Positions 50,013 through 58,824 of a stretch of 64,000 bases of DNA are shown piece by piece. The notes beneath the pieces were generated by a model, which saw only the letters and a program-made list of their open reading frames with translations, searched no databases and was not told the DNA's origin. This stretch comes from Nitrospinaceae bacterium. Lineage in GTDB: Bacteria > Nitrospinota > Nitrospinia > Nitrospinales > VA-1. Position 1 is the stretch's first letter. Each line of letters starts with the position of its first letter. The translations under genes were made by a program, and so were the position numbers. The stretch covers positions 11,436 to 75,435 of the forward strand of contig JBHHVU010000011.1 in NCBI GenBank assembly GCA_046754465.1, in the 5' to 3' direction.

Positions 50013-50981
50013 GTGAACTCTTTTATTTTCCAAAGGCCGCATATTTTATGGAAGATTTTTGGGATAGCGGGCCTCACCCTTTTCGTCCTGATCCTTTCTT
50101 TTTTTAAGGGTGGCTTCCTGGAAAAATTCCACACCGATGCCATGATCGCTTCCTTTTTCCTGGTGGTGGTTTTGTGCGGCCTCCTTTTTTGGGATTTTTT
50201 GAAAATCATGCAGGTTCAACAGGAAAAAATTAATGCGCTGATGGGGATAAGGTTATCCCTGACTTCCCTCATCGACCTCAAGGATTCCTATACGGAAGGT
50301 CATTCCAAGCATGTCAGGAATTTGGCCAGGAAATTCGCAGAATTTTTAAAACTGTCTCCCACCGAAATTGAGGACATAAGTACGGCCGCGGAGTTGCACG
50401 ATATCGGTAAAATTGGCGTCCCGGACTCTATTTTGAAAAAAAATGGAACATTGAATGAAGAGGAATTTTTGGAAATTAAAAAACATCCTCAACGTGGGTC
50501 GGATGCCCTTAAACCCTTAAAAGGATTCGAAAACGTAACTCAAATCATCCGGAACCATCATGAGAGATACGACGGCACGGGCTATCCGAGGGGCCTTTCG
50601 GGAGAGCGGATTCCCTTTGGGGCCCGGGTGCTGGGCATATTGGACACCTATGACGCCATGGTCTACAACCGACCCTACCGGAAAGCGAAGACCATTAGGG
50701 AGTTTCTCGACACCCTGGAAAAAGGCATGGGCTCCCAATTTGACCCGAGCCTGGCGGCCGCTTTCCATCAGTTTTTGCTGCAAAATTCGGAGAAGAATCA
50801 TAAGGCCTATGACCCTGTTTGCGGGATGGAAGTCCACCCCAAAACCACCGCTTTCAAATCTCTTTATCAAAACCAAACTTATATATTTTGTTCTGAAATT
50901 TGCTTGGAGGAATTCAACCGGAATCCCGGCAAATACGTTTTCAAAACCATGCCGACCGATACGCCCCCGCGCTCCCGGTAA
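50013..50981 (+). CDS. Membrane HD-GYP phosphodiesterase with C-terminal YHS/TRASH metal-binding domain
   Basis: Two TMs; TEGHS, LHDIGK, HHERYDGTGYP, DTYDAM..RPYR; DPVCGMEV...YIFCSEICLEEF..NP.KY. Confidence 0.9.
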   Translation: MNSFIFQRPHILWKIFGIAGLTLFVLILSFFKGGFLEKFHTDAMIASFFLVVVLCGLLFWDFLKIMQVQQEKINALMGIRLSLTSLIDLKDSYTEGHSKHVRNLARKFAEFLKLSPTEIEDISTAAELHDIGKIGVPDSILKKNGTLNEEEFLEIKKHPQRGSDALKPLKGFENVTQIIRNHHERYDGTGYPRGLSGERIPFGARVLGILDTYDAMVYNRPYRKAKTIREFLDTLEKGMGSQFDPSLAAAFHQFLLQNSEKNHKAYDPVCGMEVHPKTTAFKSLYQNQTYIFCSEICLEEFNRNPGKYVFKTMPTDTPPRSR

Positions 50982-50986
50982 ACCGC

Positions 50987-53900
50987 ATGCTTAATAAAGT
51001 TATCGCCGCCTCATTGCAGAATAGATTCATGGTTATCCTGGGCACCCTGTTTGTCGTTGTCTTTGGACTCTATTCCATGCAACGAACCCCCCTGGATGCG
51101 ATTCCGGATTTAAGCGATGTGCAGGTCATCATCTTCACCGAATACCCCGGACAGGCCCCGCAAATCGTGGAGGACCAGATCACTTACCCACTAACCACCA
51201 CCATGCTGGCCGTCCCCTTTGCCACAACCGTCCGTGGATATTCTTTTTTTGGATTTTCTTTCGTCTACATCATATTCGAGGACGGGACGGATTTGTACTG
51301 GGCCCGCAGCCGGGTCTTGGAACAATTGAATTTTGTCGCCGGCCGGTTGCCGCCGGGGGTCAATCCTTCCTTGGGACCGGACGCCACGGGAGTCGGCTGG
51401 GTGTATGAATATGCCCTGGTGGATCGAACCGGGAAAAACGACCTGTCGCAATTGCGATCCATCCAGGACTGGTACCTGCGTTATGAACTTCAGACCGTTC
51501 CCGGCCTCTCCGAAGTGGCCAGTATCGGCGGTTACGTCAAACAATACCAGATCGAGGTGGACCCCAACAAACTGCTCGCCTACAACATCCCACTGCATAA
51601 AATCATCCGGGCCATCAAGCGCAGCAACAATGACGTCGGCGGACGACTGCTGGAAATGTCGGAAACCGAATTCATGGTCCGTGGCCTGGGTTACATCAAA
51701 AACCTGAAGGACATCAATGAAATTCCCGTGGGGGTGGATAGCGAAGGAACCCCCATACAGGTTCGGGATGTGGCCAACGTACAACTCGGTCCGGAATTGC
51801 GGCGCGGACTGGTGGAGCTCAACGGCGAAGGGGAAGTGGCCGGCGGGATCGTCATAATGCGTTTTGGGGAAAACGCGCTGAAGGTCATCAATGGGGTCAA
51901 GAAAAAACTCGAAACCTTAAAAGCCGGCCTTCCCGAAGGTGTCGAAATCATCCCCGTTTATGACCGATCCTCCCTAATATACCGGGCGATCGACACCCTC
52001 AAGGAAAAATTAATCGAAGAGATTGTTGCGGTAGCCGTGATTTGCATGGTCTTCCTGGTCCATTTACGCTCGGCCCTCGTGGCGGTCATTACTCTGCCGG
52101 TGGGCATTTTGATGGCCTTTATCGTCATGCAGAAACAAGGGCTCTCGGCCAATATCATGTCCCTGGGAGGAATCGCGATCGCGATTGGCGCCATGATAGC
52201 GGGGGCCATCGTCATGATCGAAAACGCGCACAAACACCTGGAACACGACCGCGGCAAGAAAGACCATTGGCAAATCATCTACGAAGCCTCCATCGAAGTG
52301 GGACCCGCCCTATTTTTCAGCCTGTTGATCATCACGGTATCCTTCCTTCCGGTCTTCACCCTTCAGGCCCAGGAAGGCCGGCTGTTTTCCCCCCTTGCGT
52401 TCACCAAGACCTATTCCATGGCGGCTTCCGCCATTCTCGCCATCACCCTCGTCCCAGTTTTGATGGGATATTTCGTCCGTGGACGCATTCTTCCCGAAAA
52501 GAAGAATCCACTCAACTGGCTATTGGTCACCATTTACCGCCCCATCATCTGGCTGGTTTTAAGAATGAAACTGGTCGTTATCATGGTAGCGGTCCTGGTG
52601 GTCCTGGTAACAATCATTCCCCTGAAGCGGCTGGGTTCGGAATTCATGCCGCCGTTGAACGAAGGAGATATCCTCTATATGCCCACGACACTGCCGGGGA
52701 TCTCCATTACAAAAGCCAAGGAATTGTTGCAGCAAACCGATAAAATCATCCGGCAGTTCCCGGAAGTTCACCACGTCTTCGGTAAAATCGGGCGGGCGGA
52801 AACGGCCACCGACCCCGCCCCCTTGAGCATGGTGGAAACCACCATCATGCTCAAACCGGAAGATCAGTGGAGAGAGGGAATGACAACCAAAAAACTCATC
52901 GATGAGTTGAACGCGGCCATTGATATCCCCGGCGTGACCAATGCCTGGACCATGCCCATCAAAACCCGCATCGATATGTTATCCACCGGAATCAAGACCC
53001 CGGTGGGAATCAAGATTGCCGGTGACGATCTGAACGTCCTTCAAAAACTGGGCGAACAAATTGAGTCGGTGGTCCGGAACATTCCGGGAACGCTCAGTGT
53101 TTTTTCCGAAAGGGTGGTGGGAGGAAATTATTTTGATTTTGAAATCAGCCGGGAAGAGGCCGCCCGATACGGGCTCACCATGGGGGATGTCCAGGACATT
53201 ATCCAAACCGCCATCGGAGGAATGAATATCACCACTACCATCGAGGGATTGGAACGTTACCCCGTCAATTTGCGGTACAGCCGGGACCTTCGTAACGATT
53301 TCAACAAGCTGCAACGGGTCCTGATTCCCACGCCGAGAGGGGAACATATTCCCATGGCCCAGGTGGCGAAAATCAAAATCAGGAAGGGGCCTCCCTCGAT
53401 CAAGAGTGAAAACGCCCGGCTCAACGCCTGGATCTATATCGATCTGAAAAACATCGACGTGGGAACCTACGTGGCGAATGCCCAGAAAGTCCTGGCAAGG
53501 GAAATCACCATCCCTCCCGGATACAGCCTCTTTTGGAGCGGCCAGTACGAATACATGGCACGCGCCAAGGAACGGTTAAAAATCGTCCTGCCCTTCACCC
53601 TGATCATCATATTCCTGCTCCTGTACTTCAACTTCAAAAACGTGACCGAGAGTTTGATTGTCATGTTATCCCTGCCTCTGGCTCTGGTGGGGGGTATCTG
53701 GTATATTTACTATTTGCAATATCAATTGAGCGTTGCGGTGGTTGTCGGTTTCATTGCCTTGGCCGGGGTCTCCACGGAAATCGGGGTCCTGGTTTTAGTT
53801 TATATCGATCATGAGATCCAAAGAAAAAAGAACGTCATGGAAATTCGAACCCTAAAGGATTTGCGGCAAATCATCATCCATGGAACTTCCGAACGGGTGC

Positions 53901-54115
53901 GGGCGGTCATGATGACCGCCGCCGCCACCATTGGGGGACTGCTTCCCATCATGTGGGGTCACGGTACCGGTTCCGAGGTCATGAAACGCATCGCCGCTCC
54001 CATGGTGGGAGGGATGGTTTCCGCCACCATCCTGACCCTGATCGTTCTCCCCGCCCTTTACGCTTTTGTCCTGGAACACCGGCTGAAACAATCCGGCAAT
54101 TATTCCCCTCATTAA
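50987..54115 (+). CDS. cusA: CusA/CzcA heavy-metal RND permease (Cu/Ag type, atypical TM4/TM11)
   Basis: PLDAIPDLSDVQVI, LGPDATGVGWVY, YDRS, EGDILYMP, DMLSTGIK, IAAPMVGG; start at ATG 50987. Confidence 0.95.
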   Translation: MLNKVIAASLQNRFMVILGTLFVVVFGLYSMQRTPLDAIPDLSDVQVIIFTEYPGQAPQIVEDQITYPLTTTMLAVPFATTVRGYSFFGFSFVYIIFEDGTDLYWARSRVLEQLNFVAGRLPPGVNPSLGPDATGVGWVYEYALVDRTGKNDLSQLRSIQDWYLRYELQTVPGLSEVASIGGYVKQYQIEVDPNKLLAYNIPLHKIIRAIKRSNNDVGGRLLEMSETEFMVRGLGYIKNLKDINEIPVGVDSEGTPIQVRDVANVQLGPELRRGLVELNGEGEVAGGIVIMRFGENALKVINGVKKKLETLKAGLPEGVEIIPVYDRSSLIYRAIDTLKEKLIEEIVAVAVICMVFLVHLRSALVAVITLPVGILMAFIVMQKQGLSANIMSLGGIAIAIGAMIAGAIVMIENAHKHLEHDRGKKDHWQIIYEASIEVGPALFFSLLIITVSFLPVFTLQAQEGRLFSPLAFTKTYSMAASAILAITLVPVLMGYFVRGRILPEKKNPLNWLLVTIYRPIIWLVLRMKLVVIMVAVLVVLVTIIPLKRLGSEFMPPLNEGDILYMPTTLPGISITKAKELLQQTDKIIRQFPEVHHVFGKIGRAETATDPAPLSMVETTIMLKPEDQWREGMTTKKLIDELNAAIDIPGVTNAWTMPIKTRIDMLSTGIKTPVGIKIAGDDLNVLQKLGEQIESVVRNIPGTLSVFSERVVGGNYFDFEISREEAARYGLTMGDVQDIIQTAIGGMNITTTIEGLERYPVNLRYSRDLRNDFNKLQRVLIPTPRGEHIPMAQVAKIKIRKGPPSIKSENARLNAWIYIDLKNIDVGTYVANAQKVLAREITIPPGYSLFWSGQYEYMARAKERLKIVLPFTLIIIFLLLYFNFKNVTESLIVMLSLPLALVGGIWYIYYLQYQLSVAVVVGFIALAGVSTEIGVLVLVYIDHEIQRKKNVMEIRTLKDLRQIIIHGTSERVRAVMMTAAATIGGLLPIMWGHGTGSEVMKRIAAPMVGGMVSATILTLIVLPALYAFVLEHRLKQSGNYSPH

Positions 54116-54130
54116 GCCGGACAGAACTCC

Positions 54131-54159
54131 TTGACACCCTTTCATCCCGAAAGTATGCT
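54131..54159 (+). promoter_or_regulatory. Sigma70-type promoter of the AAA ATPase operon
   Basis: TTGACA-N17-TATGCT. Confidence 0.6.
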
Positions 54160-54186
54160 AAATTTTAGAGAACACCTCAGCTTTCA

Positions 54187-55149
54187 TTGGAGATGGATTT
54201 GAAAAAGCCCAAATCAGAAAACCTCACCGCCACCATTGGCGGAATCACGTTGCATTTGAGCCGTTCGGACCACACTCAACCGGAATGGATCGGACAGGAC
54301 GAAGTGCTTAAACAAACGCTCGCCTGCTGGCTGGTGGTGGGTGAGAAAGACCTGCCGCTGTCCCCGCGGATCGTGGGGATGCCCGGAATCGGAAAAACCA
54401 CGCTCGCCATGGCCGCGGCCATGAGGCGAAAACAACCCCTTTATATTTTTCAGTGCACCAGCGATACCCGTCCCGAGGACTTGCTAGTGACCCCGGTGCT
54501 TGCCGAATCTGGAAAAATCTCCTATCACGCCTCACCCCTGGTCAGCGCCATGATCACGGGAGGAATCTGCGTCCTCGACGAAGGCAACCGGATGAATGAA
54601 AAAAGCTGGGCCTCGCTGGCCCCCTTGCTCGACCACCGGCGGTATGTGGAATCCATCATCGCCGGAATTCAAATCCACGCCCACAAGGAATTCCGGGCCT
54701 GCGTCACCATGAACCGGGATGAATCAGTGTTCGAGGTTCCGGACTACATCCTTTCCCGCCTACAACCGACCCTGCAGTTGAACATGCCAAGCCATCAGGA
54801 TGAACTGGGCATCTTGAAATACCATCTGCCTTTTGTGGAGTCGGACCTCCTGAACATGACCGTCGGATTCCTGCAAAAATCACATCAACTGGATCTGGAT
54901 TTTTCGCCCCGGGACGGTATCCACATTCTTCAATACGCCCTCAAACGGCTCAGCCAGGAAAAGGATCATCCCCTTTCCAAGGATGAGGCCTGGCGGGAAG
55001 CGGTGTGCAAGGTTTTGGGAGAAGACGCCCTGGACCTGGATGGATTGGCCGCCAGAAAACAAAGGGCCCTGGGAACGGAGGGGCTGCCGATGGGTTTGGG
55101 GGATTTCTTTTTCAACGAGGACAGTCCCCTGCATCCCGACAGCGACTAG
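54187..55149 (+). CDS. MoxR/CbbQ-like AAA+ ATPase
   Basis: Walker [21 protein letters not shown], Walker B VLDEGNR, TMN sensor. Confidence 0.85.
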   Translation: MEMDLKKPKSENLTATIGGITLHLSRSDHTQPEWIGQDEVLKQTLACWLVVGEKDLPLSPRIVGMPGIGKTTLAMAAAMRRKQPLYIFQCTSDTRPEDLLVTPVLAESGKISYHASPLVSAMITGGICVLDEGNRMNEKSWASLAPLLDHRRYVESIIAGIQIHAHKEFRACVTMNRDESVFEVPDYILSRLQPTLQLNMPSHQDELGILKYHLPFVESDLLNMTVGFLQKSHQLDLDFSPRDGIHILQYALKRLSQEKDHPLSKDEAWREAVCKVLGEDALDLDGLAARKQRALGTEGLPMGLGDFFFNEDSPLHPDSD

Positions 55150-55190
55150 CCGCCCGCTTTATAGCCGGCGGGGAATCCAAAACCACTGTC

Positions 55191-57026
55191 ATGGAATCCA
55201 AATCAATCTTCACGATCAGCCCGAATATCCAGGTTTTGCCGGTGGTTCACGGAAGCGGCAGCTACACCCGGGAGGTGAGGCAACGGATATTGTCCTCCCA
55301 CTGCGGCTGCCTGGCCGTGGCCCTGCCGCCGGAGTTTCAACCCACCGTGGAACGGGGCGTGGACCTTCTTCCGGCGATCACCCTGAGTTGCCTGGAAGAA
55401 CCGGACGGGGTACAAAGTTACGTGCCCGTCGATCCCTGCCAGCCGGTCATCATGGGTCTGCGCATCGCCCGGCAAGAAGGGATTCCGGTGGCGTTCATCG
55501 ACTGGAGCACTCCCCGGTTCGAACCCCGGCGGGTGGAATTTCCGGATCCCTTCGCCCTGCGCAAACTCTCCCTGGAAAAATTCAACGCGGCCCTCCTACT
55601 CAGCCTGAAACGTCCAGCGCCGGGGAGCCAGCACGAACAAAGAGCGCGCTGGATGGCCTACCAGCTTCACCGCCTGGAACTGGACCATTCCCGGATCGTT
55701 TTCATCTGTTCCATCCTCGACTGGCCCTGGATCAAGGAAGCGTACGACGAGCGCCTGGATTACACCCAACCGCAACACCCCGATAATTTTCCACATCTCT
55801 ACGCGGTGGAAAAAAGCACCCTTTATTTTGCCCTGTCCGAATATCCTTACATCACTCACCTCTACGAAAAACATCGCCAGGAGATGCGCTCGGACAAGGA
55901 TGTCGCCATCGACGGAGTCAAGGAAATTCTACTCCGCGCCCGAGAACTGTTTCTCAAGAAAAAAAAAGCGTTGTATCACAATTTGACCACCCAGGCCTTT
56001 CAAATCTACCTCCAATACGTCCGCAACCTGACCCTCCTGGAAAGGCGGTTGACACCGGACCTGTATACCCTGGTCACCGCCGCGAAACAAATTGGCGGCG
56101 ACCGCTTCGCGATCGCCGTTCTCGAAGCGGCGCGGGAATATCCCTGCGAGGAAAACCAGTCCCTCGAATCCCTGGCGCTGGGAATCGACCAGGCGGTCTT
56201 CGACACCGAAGAAAACAAACCCGTCAGAATGAAAAACCGGCTGTCGGAAATTTCCCTGGAATGGAGAACCCTCAACCTCAAACCCGAACCGGCCCCCTTC
56301 AAACAGCAGAACTGGAAATACCGGTGGAATCCACACGGTCAATGTTCCTGGCCGCCGGAAGACGAAATTATCGAAAACCTCAACACCCATGTGCGCGAAC
56401 AGAGCCGGCTCCTGTTGAGCCACGACCTGGCCCGCACGGAAAAATTCACCTCCTCGGTCAAAGATGGCATCGACATCCGCGATACCCTGAGGAATTGGTA
56501 CACCGGGGATATCTACGTCAAGGAGATCCCGCCATCGCGGGGACAGGTGGAAATCGTCGTCTTCCTGTTCGATCCCGAACCCGATCCGCGGCGGTACCCC
56601 TGGCGTCAAACCTGGTACGCCGAACACCGCGACGAATCCACGCTATGTTTTTACGCGGCCGATTACACACAAAACATGGTCGGACCCGGGATCGCCGAAT
56701 CCCATTACGGCGGCTGCATGATGATTTATCCGCCCCGTCCCATTCCCAACATCTGGGAGGACCCGCTGATTTACCGGTCCGATACGTTGGAAGAAAAACT
56801 TCTGGAAGCGGCGTTTTTTCATTCCCGGGAAAAGCATGTCACCGTGGCCGCCCCCTGCCCGCCGCGGGCGAGTTGGAGGAGGCTGGCCCGGCAATTCAAA
56901 AAATCCCTCATCCACATCCCCATGAAACGGTTTTCCACTCAGACCCTGGAACGGGTGCGGCGCTTCCACGTTTTGAACGGCAAGGAAATCCGCTCCTTCG
57001 CCCAACGATTCATTCAGGATGTTTAG
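55191..57026 (+). CDS. Conserved hypothetical protein, probable AAA ATPase partner
   Basis: 611-aa ORF right after the ATPase; LPVVHGS, AVALP, DGIDIRDTLRNW; start at ATG 55191. Confidence 0.7.
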   Translation: MESKSIFTISPNIQVLPVVHGSGSYTREVRQRILSSHCGCLAVALPPEFQPTVERGVDLLPAITLSCLEEPDGVQSYVPVDPCQPVIMGLRIARQEGIPVAFIDWSTPRFEPRRVEFPDPFALRKLSLEKFNAALLLSLKRPAPGSQHEQRARWMAYQLHRLELDHSRIVFICSILDWPWIKEAYDERLDYTQPQHPDNFPHLYAVEKSTLYFALSEYPYITHLYEKHRQEMRSDKDVAIDGVKEILLRARELFLKKKKALYHNLTTQAFQIYLQYVRNLTLLERRLTPDLYTLVTAAKQIGGDRFAIAVLEAAREYPCEENQSLESLALGIDQAVFDTEENKPVRMKNRLSEISLEWRTLNLKPEPAPFKQQNWKYRWNPHGQCSWPPEDEIIENLNTHVREQSRLLLSHDLARTEKFTSSVKDGIDIRDTLRNWYTGDIYVKEIPPSRGQVEIVVFLFDPEPDPRRYPWRQTWYAEHRDESTLCFYAADYTQNMVGPGIAESHYGGCMMIYPPRPIPNIWEDPLIYRSDTLEEKLLEAAFFHSREKHVTVAAPCPPRASWRRLARQFKKSLIHIPMKRFSTQTLERVRRFHVLNGKEIRSFAQRFIQDV

Positions 57027-57199
57027 CGGTTGTTTCTGCATTTCATTTTCACCGGAAAGAGGCAAAATTGTATGATTTTTTGAACGGGTTCCATTATGAG
57101 CCCCAAGAAATTTAAGGGATCTTGTCCCCCACTGGTCGGGCTAATTTTCAAAAATGCGTTTTTTCAAGGATTTTCATTGACCTTAAAAACCGGCCCAGT

Positions 57200-57216
57200 T
57201 TGGCACGAGGAATGCA
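57200..57216 (+). promoter_or_regulatory. Sigma54 (-24/-12) promoter
   Basis: TTGGCACGAGGAATGCA, GG-N10-GC spacing, ~75 bp before the mlaC-like start. Confidence 0.6.
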
Positions 57217-57288
57217 TTCAAATATAGTAATCTCATAAATACAATAAGTTATAGAAGGTTGTGACGGTTTTTTCATCGAGAGGATTTT

Positions 57289-57981
57289 ATGAAAATTTAT
57301 CGGAACATTTTTCACTTGACCGTTTTTTCTCTGACCATCTGTTTCATCGTCATGCCCCGTCTTACTTCCGCCGAAGATTTGCCGGGACACGCTTCAATCC
57401 TGCGGGTGGCTCATTCCCAAACAGAGGGGACGCAAATCACCCGGAATCTCAAAACCACCATCGACCAAGTGGTCGATATTCTCAGGGATGAAAACCTGAA
57501 AAAAGACCACGACACCCGCCGGAAAATTCTTGAGCAAACCATAGAAAAAAGGTTCAATTATCAACAAATGGCGATTCGCGCCCTGGCGGGAAACTGGAGG
57601 AAAAGAACTCCGAGTGAACAGAGAGAATTCACCCGTTTGTTCAAAAAACTCCTGGAAAAATCCTATGCCCATAAAATAGAAAGTTTCAGGGATGGGAAAA
57701 TTGATTTCGTGGGCGAGGTGGTCAAGGGAAAATATGCATTGGTGAAAACCATCATCCATCATCAGGGTAAAACCATCGCCCTGGATTATAAATTGGTCCA
57801 TGAAAATAATGACTGGAAGGTATACGACTTCGTGATCAAGGGGGTCAGTATGATCCGCAATTACCGGACCCAGTTCACCAAGGTCATCCGCAAGGATTCT
57901 TTCGAGGGATTGATGAGGAAGATGGGCAATTTCAAAATGGATTCCGATACCAAGGAAAATCCCTATGAAATGAACCTATAA
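57289..57981 (+). CDS. mlaC: MlaC/Ttg2D phospholipid-binding periplasmic protein
   Basis: FNY..MA.RAL..NW, F..LL..SY, WKVYDFVIKGVSMIRNYRTQF. Confidence 0.85.
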   Translation: MKIYRNIFHLTVFSLTICFIVMPRLTSAEDLPGHASILRVAHSQTEGTQITRNLKTTIDQVVDILRDENLKKDHDTRRKILEQTIEKRFNYQQMAIRALAGNWRKRTPSEQREFTRLFKKLLEKSYAHKIESFRDGKIDFVGEVVKGKYALVKTIIHHQGKTIALDYKLVHENNDWKVYDFVIKGVSMIRNYRTQFTKVIRKDSFEGLMRKMGNFKMDSDTKENPYEMNL

Positions 57982-58049
57982 AAACCGGCGCAAGGGGCCG
58001 CCGGGAAAGCTTGAAAAGGGATGCCGGGGTAGATAAGGATTGAACAGGA

Positions 58050-58670
58050 TTAATTCAGGAGACGGGAGAGCCCCGGTCCGCCGTTGCGATTAAAGGAGGG
58101 GCCGCACTTTTCACCGCGGGCCAGCATCAGCGATTCCTGGATCTTGCCGGGGAAGGCCTGATCGCATTCCATGAGATATTTCATGACGGAAATCATCCAT
58201 TCGGTTTCACGGGGGGCTTGAATCACCGCGATATTCTGACTCTCATAATCCTTGCAGATTTTATCCGCCGCCTGGGAGAGCGGGGGAAGCGTTTTCTTCA
58301 CCTGGATGGTCAGGGGACGCACTGGGTCCACCTGGATGATTTCCAATCCTTGATATTCCTCCGGGACGTCCTCGCTAATAAATTCTTCGATCGGAATTCC
58401 ATTCATATCCATCCAGCCGGGTTCGGCCAGGGAAGCGATATAGAGCGGGGCTCGCTGGATGGCCGCGTGTTCGGCGAAACCCACGCGCAGAATCGTTTCA
58501 TCCTTATTCGCTTCCCCAAAAACCACGAAGTCCCACCGGCCATAGGTCAGGCTTTTCTGCCTTTGTATGATCACCGTCTGTTCAAAAGCTTTACTGATTT
58601 TTTCGTAGACCTTCTGGTCTTTTGTTTTCAACCGGAATTGAGGCATGGCTGCTCCCAGATAAGGATTCAA
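58050..58670 (-). CDS. Hypothetical protein
   Basis: 206-aa ORF filling the gap between mlaC and murJ; no motif recognised. Confidence 0.55.
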   Translation of the reverse strand: MNPYLGAAMPQFRLKTKDQKVYEKISKAFEQTVIIQRQKSLTYGRWDFVVFGEANKDETILRVGFAEHAAIQRAPLYIASLAEPGWMDMNGIPIEEFISEDVPEEYQGLEIIQVDPVRPLTIQVKKTLPPLSQAADKICKDYESQNIAVIQAPRETEWMISVMKYLMECDQAFPGKIQESLMLARGEKCGPSFNRNGGPGLSRLLN

Positions 58671-58824
58671 CTCTCATAGTATAACATGGCGGGCCGGGAA
58701 CAAAAGATTCCCCGTAAATAAATTCACCGGGGACGCTTTAATTTGTTATACTTCCCCCACTCCGGCAGGCTCCTGCGCCGCCGGAAGAGACGACCCGGAT
58801 TTCCCACCCATCTTCCTTCCTTGC

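Noticed and set aside
50900..50986. N-terminal extension of the cusA ORF
   Set aside because: Overlaps the YHS domain of the upstream gene; ATG 50987 gives the canonical CusA N-terminus and residue numbering
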